DNA of 62,950 nucleotides, filler included, from Nemertoderma westbladi (taxonomy: Eukaryota > Animalia > Xenacoelomorpha), in NCBI GenBank assembly GCA_032718475.1. It is 3 parts of 3 records of this genome, joined end to end, with 100 filler letters (N's around TTAATTAATTAA, not from the genome) between each part and the next. Parts side by side here need not be neighbours in the genome. Positions count along the whole stretch, not along the records: positions 29,529 to 55,378 come from JAUCBJ010002045.1; 2 more parts are not named here. The stretch is one strand, 5' to 3'. The notes under the pieces are model-generated. The model saw nothing but the letters and a program-made list of their open reading frames with translations, searched no databases and had not been told where the DNA came from. A program made the translations under genes and the position numbers. Below are positions 33,501 to 45,900 of the stretch, piece after piece (the stretch's first letter is position 1; the number at the start of each line of letters is the position of its first letter).

Positions 33501-35851
33501 TATTGAAAAGTTGTAGGATATTTAAGATTGCTATTTATTTCTCAAGTGAGTTAAAGTATTCCTGTAGAAATACATTGTATAGTCGTGATAAATAATATTA
33601 TTTAACGGTTTATTGTGGGAATTATATTAAATTTAATAGTTCAATTATCACGTCGTCTCCAACAGTGTATATAATATTTTCAATATGATGTATATATAAT
33701 TTATAACTTATTATTTTGGAAATAGTAATATCATTCTTCTATATTCAATATTCTTATTTTACTTATATTTTATTTTACAGGGTTTCACAACAAACTTGAA
33801 ACTGCAAACAGACGATATCCGGGGCATCCAGTCCATATACGGGAGTCCGGTAGGTCGTCCAGTAATAAATAGCGCCCCCCCGCGGCCCAGTTGGACTGAC
33901 GAAAGTCCCCCTCCATCGAACCCGTCCGGACCCAACAACCCACCCGCGACCATCCCGCCACCAAACACACCCCCGTCCGTAAACCCACCCAGTAGACACG
34001 TCTGTCTGCAAGCAAAACATTTTGAAGGAGCATTTACTTTCGGTATGTAAATATTATTATTAATGGTTACTATAGTAACTAGAGTATCATACTCTATAAT
34101 AGCTGTGAGAATAATGCATAATTGTAATGCTTATGATTCAGAAAGATTTTCTGACATCCCTATGCATACAGGTAATAAAACATTGTGCAAAAAGTTCAGG
34201 ATGGGGTGGCATCAATGTGAAGATTTCATCTATATGGGGTAATACCAGTAGGCATGGATAAGGAGTTTGGCAGAAGACCTCCGCATCCGTGATCATGGTC
34301 TGCCATCAACCAGCTGGCCAGGATCCGGTGATCAACCCAGTTGAGTATTGAGCTCAGGTTCCATCATTGAGCCTTGAACTGCTCTACTTTTGAACATGGC
34401 TGATCTTGCAAATGTCATAGAATATGGTGTATTTACTAACAAGAATAAATGGCCTGCAGCGGATGAAAATACATGCAACTCTCGAATACCCACATCTCAG
34501 TGAATTCCAAACCAAATGAAAATATTTTGACATACTTGGAATCCTTGCACAGCCAGCTTTCCATTGGTACCAAAAGATCACAATAAGATTGAAAAATAAC
34601 TGCAGTGTAACTAGTGAAATTTCGCCGGAGACACTTTTTTAAACGTATATAGCTAAAGATTGAATGCGAAAATTGGAGGTGAAACTTTCTCTGTTTCAAA
34701 TTGCATGAAATTAATTATAATCTGCAGAAAACATGGGGGGGGGGTTGCTAGTCTCTGAATTAAGACACTATAATAATATTCCAAGACATTGTGCATTACC
34801 ATACTATACAATTTACCTTTTCTGTTTTCGCAGGAGACAATGTATACCTATCAAAGGCCGGGTCTATCTGGATTATATCCCAGAGCGGTTACCAACGGAC
34901 AGTTAACGCTCGTTCCTTACTCTCCCACGCCCCCAACCCAATCAACGCCATGTTCTCCGTCCGTCAGGAAATTTTCGCCCTTTCTGGAATATATTTCTGG
35001 AAATACAATAACTTACGATTGGCGACTTACAGACGGGAATTCTCTGGGTAACTAATTACGCAATTTTAAATTCTGTTTGTTCGTAATTGTATTATGTAGC
35101 AGTAAAACCGCCTCTGGATATATATTGGTACCTAGGTATATAAACTACATTGTTCACAATGGTACATAATGGGGAATGGAACATGTTACTAAATGGTACG
35201 CGGTACATTTGTATGTCTGTATGTGTTCATGATAGACTGCGTAATAGTACATGCTACATGCAATATTAGTACAAACCATTACATGCTATGCTACACGGTA
35301 CACATAATTTAATAACACACAATGGTACACGGTACACACACATATCATTGTATATATTAATTGCCACAATAACTACATACGTGTATATTTGCTGTTTAAG
35401 ATATGCTGGTCGGAGCGTTACACGAACGATCGTAGTGAGTTAACATAAATATATATGCGAGGATCATAAAACATGTAGAAGTACGATGTGGAATTTAGTC
35501 AGTAAATAATTGGAAAATTACATCTGTTTGATTTACAGCGCTTCTATTCCGTCTGATGTTGATGCGGCTTTGCTTTGGACAACCAACAACAAGGTCTACC
35601 TGTTTAAAGGAAACCTTTACTACCGACTCACTGCTAACCCTTCCTACACTCTGGACAACGGATATCCACGACCCATATCAGGTGTCTGGACCGGCGTACC
35701 TAACGACATCGACGCGGCTTTCAATGGATTCAACGGCATGGTGTACTTCCTCAAAGGCGATCTCATCTACATGTTCAACCCGGATGAGTTGAGGGTAGAA
35801 CGAGGTTACCCCAAACCAATATCGGCATGGTTAGGTTGTCGGAGAACGTAA
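30513..35851 (+). CDS. MMP: Matrix metalloproteinase (M10A, furin-activated, hemopexin domain). Exons 30513-30780, 31138-31220, 31815-31915, 32430-32744, 33781-34042, 34834-35047, 35539-35851; signal-peptide exon not seen
   Basis: All introns are GT-AG and phases join into one ORF (~517 aa from ATG 30515). Prodomain [15 protein letters not shown], furin site RRRRRF, HGDG...[28 protein letters not shown], Met-turn AIMYP, Pro-rich hinge, hemopexin repeats ending WLGC. Orthology not assignable. Confidence 0.95.
32008..32435 (+). repeat. 40-bp tandem array (~10.7 copies) of the MMP catalytic-exon splice acceptor
   Basis: Unit TTATATAAACTTTATTTCCCAG|ACGTGGATGTGTTGCAGT; the last copy is the true acceptor. 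Confidence 0.95.
32713..33201 (+). repeat. 41-bp tandem array (12 copies) of the MMP catalytic-exon 3' end and splice donor
   Basis: Unit TACAAGGGGCCATTATGTACCCATATTACCAG|GTAAGTGCC; donors at 32745, 32786 ... 33196. Confidence 0.95.
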
Positions 35852-36723
35852 CACCAAACCTGTATCGGCGTGGTTAGGTTGTCGGAGAACGTAATAACTG
35901 AATCGATATATTATATAGACCTACTTATTTAGCATGTTAAATTATATTCTGTATGGTTGTGGTTTTGTTACTAGTAAATCTGAGAATTAATTTTTGTCAT
36001 ATTATGTTAACTTATCAAAGGAGAGAGGTGTGATTTATATCCTTGTACGCTGCAAAGTAATCAATCACTAAGTAACAATATCCTTTTGGAACACGTATTA
36101 ATTATTATCCATTGTCCTTATTATTTTAAATTGTTCCATTACAATATCAAACTGAACAATTAAGAGTTCGTATCAACGATAAGTTGACTTAATGTCTCAA
36201 AATTACCTACATCAGTGTATCAATGAATATGTCACTACTGAGTGTTCAAAATCCTTTCAAGATTGTTTATTTATTTAAATATCTTAATGTTTAGTTACGA
36301 AAGTGCGTAGTGCTCGGTTCCAATTTTTCATACAATGATGTGTTATTCGTGTTTAGGAAGTAGAGTTAGTAGATTCTGTATTAGGTTTTGTTTTTCTGTT
36401 TTTTTTTATATTTATGTCTGCAATATTTGTCCTCTAACTACAAGTATCCAAAAACAGTCCAAAACCTTGCATAAATACCTCTAATTTACTAATTGAGTTA
36501 ATTGAATCAATTACTCTGTATTGTGTTCAATTAACTCATCTTATTTAATTAATATATCTCTAGTTTATTAATTTCTTTCATTTTAATGTCATTACTCCAA
36601 GTTTTATTGTTAAAATAATATTTATGTTATATCTAAATAATATATTTAATACTTAAATAAACAATAAATTATTAATATAAACATTTTCACAATTACGTAT
36701 GTCTAATACTTACAATATAATGA

Positions 36724-36795
36724 AATGGATGAGATTCGAACCAACGACCATCACATTCATAACGCGACTACTGTTATCCACTACGCTAATTCGGC
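36724..36795 (-). mobile_element. tRNA-derived SINE head or tRNA pseudogene
   Basis: Minus strand has A box TAGCGTAGTGG, B box GGTTCGAATC and an anticodon-like stem. The acceptor stem does not pair. Confidence 0.55.
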
Positions 36796-39344
36796 ACGGA
36801 ATAATAACTATTTCTTTTACAAAAAGAAAGAAACAATTTTTTTTCGACTTTATTGTCCGCAAGACTCGAGGCCGATGGCCGAGGAAAAAATGCTTTTGCT
36901 ATTTCGAGTAAATATTCGGATTATAAGGAGGACAAAAAATACTTTCTTTAAGTAATGCCAGTTGTGGATACCCAAGCGCCAAGGCGGACAGGTAGAGAGT
37001 AAAGATCCCGATCTAGTTGGCATTTGTGACTAAAAACAAGTTATACGTCTGGATAACTGCTGCATCTGGGGACACCCGAAAGAGGTAACCCCATTTACAT
37101 TGTAGAGTGACTTTATCATTGCTGTAGATGCTGCTCAGATTTAGGAACCGCGAGTGAAACCCGTGTACAGATGTGACGCATTGACATACTTTAGTGCAAA
37201 CATATAATTGTCTCTCATCCTCCTCACACCCTATATAGCCCCCGAGTAAACGATGCCCAGTGACCTACGGAGATCTAAAAATTTGAAAAAATTCAAATTA
37301 TCGCAGCATTGCGGTCCTGCTCATCAACCACTAGGAATGATTTACTTTGTTCAGAAAAGTATCCGAAGCCACTTGCCCCTGCAGCTCGGCATACCAATTC
37401 TGTGTGGTTGTGGGGTGTTGTAGTTTGCGAATCAAGGATCAAGAATCAAGGATTCTGAAAAGTATAGCCCCGAAAAATAATACAGTTTTATGAAATAAAT
37501 AATAATAAAAACAATCCAAAAAATTGAAACCAAAATAATACAGAATAACTATTTCTTTTACAAAAGAAAGAATTGTTTTTTTTTGTCCGACTATTTTAAC
37601 CGCATTTTCGAGGAATAGTAGATTGCACATTCTACTATTTCGACTTCTAATATTTTTATAAAATATTCCCTTTTAAATTAGAAGTAACAAAGTTATCGCA
37701 AATTTGATGTCAATTAGGCGCCATTGTGTAAATTTCAATTATACTAGCTACTACTATATTATCAATTAGCTATACTGTGTTAGTGAAGGTGATATTCCAG
37801 AACGTTATTCAAATAATCTTACCAAAAATTTGATTAAACTAGCCGCCAAGAGTCAAAACCCGGGAAGATGTTTGGGAAGACTTTGTCCTCACGGCTAAAC
37901 AGTTGGTCCTGGGAGGAACGGAGAAGCCAGCGGGCTGAGTGCGCAAGCACTAGCTAGAGGGCTGGTTTGCCAAAAGCTCTGTTCTCTGCGGGAACCACCC
38001 ACACCCATAAGCCCCACTAATGCCAGGCGAGGCAAGGTGTGTATGGGGACAGTGTGGTCCGATTGCCAAGATAGCTGCCAGGGGCTGCCATCTACAAGGC
38101 CGAGTTGTTACTGACTGTTTAGTTCGTGGATTATGGCCCCTTATAAACCCGGTATTCGGGGTCAATATGGGGTTGACCCCTAATTATCACTTGCCAAGGA
38201 TGATGGTCTTTCCTTGAAAGGATCTGTTAAACACATGTTAAATATGATTAATATTGAAAGCCAAAACTGACCAATAACCGTTTACACCGTAACTTTAAGT
38301 TATATTGCATTTAAAATCAGAATCACGAGAGAGCGAATTTTTGTAGTATTGCTAACTACGAAGGCGCGAAAAATCGATTACAGACCACACAGAATGCACA
38401 ATAATCTTGCTACGCAGCTATGCAGCTTACATTACAAGTTAACAATGAGAATTGTATATCGGTTTATCGACAAAATTGCGCCGCCATTTCTCCCCTTTAC
38501 GAGGTAACTCAAGAAAGTCATGAGCGGTGCATCATGCTTATTCATTTAATGGGGTTGCCAAATCACAAAATTGTGAACGACTGGTCCTCATGGCGAAAGT
38601 AATAACCTGCTTTGCTATAAAATGTCTCTTTGGGGCGAAGGTGTGAATTGTATGATACCATGAACCCGACACAGTGACTAATGAACAATAGTCCTATCTT
38701 TGATTCTTTGTTACGAATTATTATAGAACTCCAAGGAAACTGTATGTAGAAAGATACTTTGTGTTTTTATATTAAAATAGCGACATTATTTACGTAAATC
38801 AGTTTACGTAGTTATCATGTTGTGATACTTACAGTAAAGTTATACAATAGTTCACATACATGTTATAGTTAAGTTGGTCATTAAAGAATTTGACACTTTC
38901 CCATCCAGTCTAATTTCGATAACATTCGTCGACTGAAAAGTTTATAAATAATAAATGCGTAAATAAAATTGTATCGGTACACCTTCTGGACAACTCCCAC
39001 AAATATTTAGTCCCTGCTATATTATTGCTATTTTCAATTCGTTTGATAAATGTTCTAGAACATTATTTGTACTGAAACAATTATTTGTTAAGTTAGCTAA
39101 CATTTTTAAAATAGTAGCTATTTTCATAAATATATTTATAAGTTATATTGAATGTTATATTATATAAGAAATAAGCATATTAAAAATAATTAATTCCATT
39201 TTTATAAACGTTTGATATCCTGCAAGAATTTTATGAGGGGAGAAATAAATTGTTCTAGGAAAATATTCCTTATTTTAGAAAATTTCGTATAATATTGTGT
39301 ATAAAAAGTTATGAATAATGGAATGAGGACGGCCACAAAGGTTG

Positions 39345-39708
39345 AAAATCTTGGATGGTTGTTACACAAGACTAATAAGGGCAGCCTTAAACATCGGCCT
39401 TAAACATGACAAACGCCGAGCTCTATGGTACAATTATACCACCCGTATCAACCACCCTCTGTGAACGCAGATTAATATTCAGTGGGAACTGATAGAGAAG
39501 TAAACACGTGATCATACCAGATCTACTTTTCTGGCAACCAACACAAGGAAAGCCTAGCCGTGGACGACCGTCTATATAACATATATAAACTACCTTGAAA
39601 GGGATACTGAACTTGGGAGAAACGAAATGGCGACAACTATGGAGAATCGGGAAGCCTGGAAGGATCTCATTTCCACTGTCCAAGGTCGCTCGACCTGGTA
39701 GTGTAGTA
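39345..39708 (+). mobile_element. 5'-truncated RTE LINE 3' end (same family as 45854-50992)
   Basis: Reverse-complement similarity to 45855-46215, ending in a TAG-repeat tail. Confidence 0.8.
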
Positions 39709-39902
39709 TCAAAAGTTAATAAGGTTCATAATGAGTATATAAATAGTAGTCCTACCACGTAGACACACATTACTCGACAAGTCAGAGTCATTGACTTCGA
39801 ACGATATCTAAAATCACTCTAGTTGTGTATCGATATATTTACTCAATCAAACCGTAAGCTAAGCACCGTAAATTAGAAAGCTTAACCAATAATGAAATCC
39901 AA

Positions 39903-41243
39903 CGGATCTAGGACACTCCCCCCCCCCCCCCCCCCCCCCAGGACAGTTCCCCCCCGGACACATCCCCCCCCCCCGGACAGTCCCCCCCCCCGGAGACTTC
40001 CCCCCCGCCCATGTAGGACACTTCCCCCCGGACACTTCCCCCCCCCCGGATACTCCCCCCCCCCCCCGGACACTTGCCCCCCGGACACTCCCCCCCCCCC
40101 CCGGACACTTGCCCCCTGGACACCCCCCCGCCCAGTTAAAGTGTTAAAATTAATCTGGGTGCATCAAAGCAATAAACAAAAGTTAAAGATTGTTAACTGG
40201 TCAAGTTGTATCTTGACAAGTTTTTTTCAAAATTATAAAAGAAACATTTTTATAGTCAACTTTTGTTTGTTTTTCTTTTAATTGGGGGCTGCCGCCCCCA
40301 AACCCCCACTTCTTTTCTTGGGGGCTGCCGCCCCCAAACCCCCGCTTCTTTTCTTGGGGACTGCCGCCCCCAAACCCCCGCTTCTTTTCTTGGGGACTGC
40401 CGCCCCGAAACCCCCGCTTCTTTACTTGGGGGCTGCCGCCCACAAACCCCGGCATTTCCCTGTGTGCCCGTGGTGAAAAACTTCGAGACCGTTTTGAAAT
40501 AATCAATTCATGTTTGTATCATAAGATAATAAATTGACTAAGCCTAAAGTAGGAGCTGTATTGAATGTTAACCAAATTAATATATAAATTACTACAATAT
40601 TATATAATTCAACTAAATCCAATTAAAAATATTGCAAGTAACCAGGAAATTTAATATGTATGTAGTGTGTATAATATCTATATATATAGTATGTATAGTA
40701 GTAATATGTATATCAATATGTAATGCTGAACACAGAATACATGTCGACGCATGTCGATTTTACCCTGGAGAGGAATAATTTTGATTGCAACAATAATATT
40801 CATCCCCATCTGCTACAATTTGAAGAAGACATAATAACATACATAATAATACCTATAATTAAAACAATTAATTATTATAATTCTGTAAGTAATAAAAGCA
40901 GTATATCATTCGGGGGATGGAATTTATAGGTCATCTAATTAATTGTTTAAAGATTAGCAAACAATACGATGTAATTGCATTGATAAAATCCATAAATAAA
41001 ACTTAAAATCGGGATGCAAAATATCACTTTCTGAGCTACGAAAGGAAAATTGGATACAACTTGTCTGGATACAAGCGGTCAGTTTACCTTACAAAATGAA
41101 AAATACGAATGTGCGAAGTTAAGAACAGTCGGGGGGGGAGTGTCCGGGGGGGAAGTGTCCGGGGGGGAAGTGTCCGGGGGGGAAGTGTCCGGGGGGGAAG
41201 TGTCCGGGGGGGAAGTGTCCGGGGGGGAGGTGTCCGAACACCC
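39903..41243. mobile_element. Non-autonomous DNA transposon with inverted subterminal arrays of GGACACTTCCCCCCC
   Basis: C-rich ~15-bp repeats at 39911-40130 and their inverse at 41127-41236. ATCCAA flanks both ends (39897-39902, 41244-41249). Internal 36-bp tandem repeat at 40283-40452. Confidence 0.65.
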
Positions 41244-41329
41244 ATCCAATCAACCAACCCCAACATCGTCTGGTACCCTCACGATGCAATAACATTCCCG
41301 TGGTAGTGTTCCTTGTATTAGTTACACTC

Positions 41330-42110
41330 TGACAACTCGCGAAACTTTTTAGATTATTACAACAGCCATTTACGTTTGCCGTTTTTATTAACTCCAGAAA
41401 GACCAAAATTTTGACAGTTAACTTTGAAAGTCCTCAGCAAGTCTCGGATCGGATGAGCATAAGCTCAAAGGATGGTATTCTTGAGCATGTGGATGACTTC
41501 TGTTACCTGAGATCATGGATCCGGAAGTCAGGTGAGGACCTTCGAATACGTAAGGGAAAGGCATGGGCAGCCTTGAATAGGCTTTCCAGGATTTGGAAGT
41601 CACCGAGAATTAATCGGAAACTTAAGGTCCGATTATTTAGAGCAGCAGTAGTTCCAGTACTCCTCTATGGGAGTCTATGCTGGGCTCTAACTGCTGAGGA
41701 CACCAAATCTCTGGATGACACATTCACAAGAATGCTACGCCGGGTTCATTGTGTCAAGTACAATGCACACATCTCCAACCAGACACTATATAACATTGGA
41801 GGTGTCTCATTGGTTCCCCCAAGCTTGACACTGGAACAAAATCGCCTCCGCTTTGCAGGACATTGCTTTTGCCGTGAGGACCAGCCAGTGCATAATCTTG
41901 TACTTTGGCAGCCTCATGGAGTGAATAAGCATGGTGGACAGCCCATGACATTCTTGAGACGCATCTTAAAGGACACTGGCCTTGAAGATGCGAATGATCT
42001 AGCAAATATCATGGGAGATAGGGAGTTGTGGTGGCGCAATTTTGTCGACAAGCCGGCACAGCATTCTTAAAAATGCAGCTGCAATGCAGCATGCCGATCC
42101 TAGTCCCGAG
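41330..42110 (+). mobile_element. RTE-clade LINE 3' fragment (RT thumb/C-terminus)
   Basis: ORF 41411-42070: VDDFCYL, KAWAALNRLSRIWKS, KVRLFRAAVVPVLLYG, RLRFAGHC. Confidence 0.85.
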
Positions 42111-42982
42111 TTTGCCATTTACAGCTTATTCTTCTTGTTAACAAACTGATTTTGGATGGCACCAACGTGAAATACATAAGAGGGAGAAAAGTTTGAAAGT
42201 GAAAATATTTTTTCTTCACAAAGACGCACACAATTCGGTAGTAAGCCTACATATCCGCCAACTTTCAGCTTGAAATGAATAAAATAAAAATCACAAACTT
42301 TTTAATTTATTTTTCAACATCTTCTAGCCCTCTAGGGCGAATATAAAATTTGGTGCCTGAAAGACAACAACCTGATATGCAATATACTCTACAATATAAT
42401 TATTTAATAAAAATAAGTGATTAATTTAATTAATTACTATTTAAAAATTCATTCAAGAACAAAATATATTTATTCTAGAACGTATATATTTTTATGCTAA
42501 ATAATAGCTAACATGTTCTAGAACATATCATAAAAAGAAAGCAAAAACTAGCGAGAGGGTGTATCTATTTCTCACACAATAGTACCCCCGTAATCTTAAT
42601 GGTCTTCTCCAAGGCCTTCAAAAAAGGTCTCCCGCCCACGCATGTTTAAGGTCCTTGAGACCAATGCGATCCAGAAATAGATAATTGGTGAATTCAAATC
42701 ACTATAAGCCGTCATAACGTGAGTCTCAAACAACAGATACATATCAATTTGAAGTGAAATGGGTTGTCCTACAAGGTAACGACGCTCTTTCTCCTTGCTT
42801 ATTATGTGATGGACTACGTGAGTAGTCCACTGCTTGTGTGCTTAGTGCTTACTGTGTAAATATCAATACGGAACCTTAGCATCCTAGTCAACAAGATTGT
42901 AAAAAAATTTCACTTCAAAAATATTTGTTCAAAGTTTATCATTAAAGCGAAAACCATAAAAGGACTACAAAATGAAAGTGAA

Positions 42983-45900
42983 ATGGACCAAGATAGACAA
43001 GATAATGCTAACTATTTTAGCACAAGTGGGAAAGATAATAACATAGAAGAATATAATAAAACATCTGCTCTCAGTGTTGAAACACAACCATTAAATAAAG
43101 ATAAATTATTGAAGGAAATTTCAGGAGCTACAGACCTTGCTAGTGCTACTGGGCTTGATGGGTCTAAACATAATGACATACATTATGGGGTTAATAACCC
43201 CAATGCAGTCAATAATAATTGCAATGTATTTGGTAGCAATGATTGTGACATTGAGGATAATGCCAACAATGTTGTGGTCGATAAGTTCCCTGGATATAGA
43301 GTGGTGCAAAATATATCTGGTAACTCTGAGAAAGACGAAAAAGCTATCATTGATAATTCAACTACCATTAAGCCCGATGTTTATAGAGACGACCACAATG
43401 TACGTAAGTGGGGTGGCGGTATATCTGTACACCATGCCAATAACAATCCAACGAGCACCAAACTTGATGGATATAAAGACATTTACGGTATATTTAGTAC
43501 CGATGAAAATCGCGGTCAATCTCATGCCGGTAATTCTAGGGTTAATAAGCCCCACGGATATGACGACATTTATAATATATTTAGCGATAATCACGATTTG
43601 TCGAAAGATACGAGAGAGAATACCACAATTGAATCAATTGATGATAAATATGTAGATGATGTAAAGAAATCTAGCAACAAAAAACTCAATGGAGCTGCAG
43701 ATAATGTGAAGAAATCTAGCAACAAAATATTCAATGGAGCTGCGGATAATGTGAAGATATCTAGCAGGAAAGGACTGAATGAGAATACTGCCAATGTGAG
43801 GAAATCCAGCATCAAAGAACATAATAGAGCTACAGAAAATGCGAAGAAATCTAGCATCAAAGAACTGAATGAGGCTACAGACAATTTAAATAAATCTAGT
43901 ATCAAAGGTCTAGGTGGTCCAGATATGAATAATGTTAACATTTCACATAGCAATGAACTAGTTCGTAATATAGAAAGTGTGGATAAATCAAGTATGAAAG
44001 ACCTCGATGGATGTATGGAAAATGTAAAAAAATACAGAATTAATGAATTATGTAGATATACAGATAGTGTAAACAATTACATTGTCAAAGAGTACGACAA
44101 AGCTAGAGGTTATGATAAAAACTGTTGTACCACCAAAGACAAATCATTAGATCCCAGTAATTTTAATAGTTACAATGTGAAAGACATCGACGGTAGCTCT
44201 GGAGATATTGTCAAACGCCACAGTAGAAATAATATATCTTCAGATATTGTAAAGAAATCCGATGTAAAAAGTTTGGTTGGAAATGAATATAAAAGAAATG
44301 AGAACAATAACAGTGTCGAAAACGTTCCAATAAATAAAAAAGGTGTTTTTAATAAATTTAATGAGAACATTAATCCACACACTCTGAAAGACATTGACAC
44401 AACAAAGCAAATACGAGATCTTTCAGGAAGATTCTTCACCAACATCAGTAATATCTATGATCAAACTAACATCACTGCGAAAGATCAACATGGAAAAAGT
44501 TATGAAGTCAATAAATATGTTATCGGAATGCATACAAAAACCAAAAACAACATAACTAGAGCTAACAGACATGACTTCAATGAGAATGAGTTAGATATGT
44601 CTGTTGGTAAAAATTTTAAAAAGCACTGTATCAATGACCACGGTGAAGTAATGGAGAATGGACATGATTCCGATTTGGTTGACATTAAAGGGGAAATAGA
44701 CAAATCTTATGTTCTCAGTGGCGATAAGTATGTAGTTAACAACATTAGTAACAAAATGTCCAATAAATCTGGAGGTATTCCTTATAAATCTGCTAATATT
44801 ATTAATAGCACTAACAATACACCGAAATACATTCACAATGAATTTAAAGAAATTACGGATAATGCAGATGTTAAAAGGCATATGAACTGTGTTGTACATA
44901 ATAACCTGCCACATATAAAGAATCAAAGACGACTTGTATCACCATTTAGCCCGTATCCTCCCCTGAAAAACATTCAGATAGATAATAAACAAATTAATAA
45001 TCCAAAGAATTTCCTCAATAACGTGAGTAATGTTTACAATACGTTTACAATACATATGCTTGACAAACATGAAGATGGTCCTGCTACATCTAAAGACATT
45101 ATTATTGATAATAATATTAAATCCAGTGATATACGTACCACAGAAGTTCCAAAAGATATTGATAATCTCTCCAATACCACTGAACTCAATGGTCTTATTG
45201 ACAAAATCAACAACATTGGTGTTGTTGACCTTAATGGATCCAGAGACAATACTAATAATTCCAATGTTAACAATATTCCTAAACATCATATTCACAAGTA
45301 TAACAATTCAAGAGCAAAAGGGATGGAACTTAAGAAATGCTTTGTTACCAAGCGCAAAGTATTAAAAGACATCCGAAATAAATCTAACGTTAACAATAAA
45401 CATTATGGAACCAAATTCAGCCATGGAAAAGGAAGAAACAATAAAAATGACAAAGACCTACCAACCATTGTAAACCAAAAAGAAAATCTACCACCTTTTA
45501 GCCCATATCCTCCACTTAAACAAATAAACAAATCAGTTGGCAACACACCTGAGATAATTATTAAAAACAATAGTAACACAAATATTGACAAATGCAAAGA
45601 AAATGATAGAATATCGAGAGGCATTAAACTTAACATAAGTCATGACAAGTGCAATACCAATAATCGATTACCTTTGTCATCAAAATCACAAAACAATTGG
45701 CCGTTTAAACGAACACCAGAAGAGCTATATGCATTGGAAAAGGGATTTATTTTAGATTGCGTAGCTGTTGCTAATCTCAGTCATGAAAACTTTAAGGTAA
45801 TAAACTCTAAGGTAGTAACTAGCTGATACTGTAAGAAATACTTCTCGATAATAGCTACTACTACTAGGTCGAGCGAACTCGGTCAGTGGAAATGAGATCC

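Noticed and set aside
36724-36795. Functional tRNA gene
   Set aside because: A and B boxes are present but the acceptor stem cannot pair.
39882-41406. Gly/Pro-rich ORFs
   Set aside because: Translations of poly-G/C tandem repeats.
42983-45826. 947-aa ORF as a complete intronless (viral) gene
   Set aside because: A donor at 45797 splices in frame to downstream exons that continue the DUF4542-like similarity.
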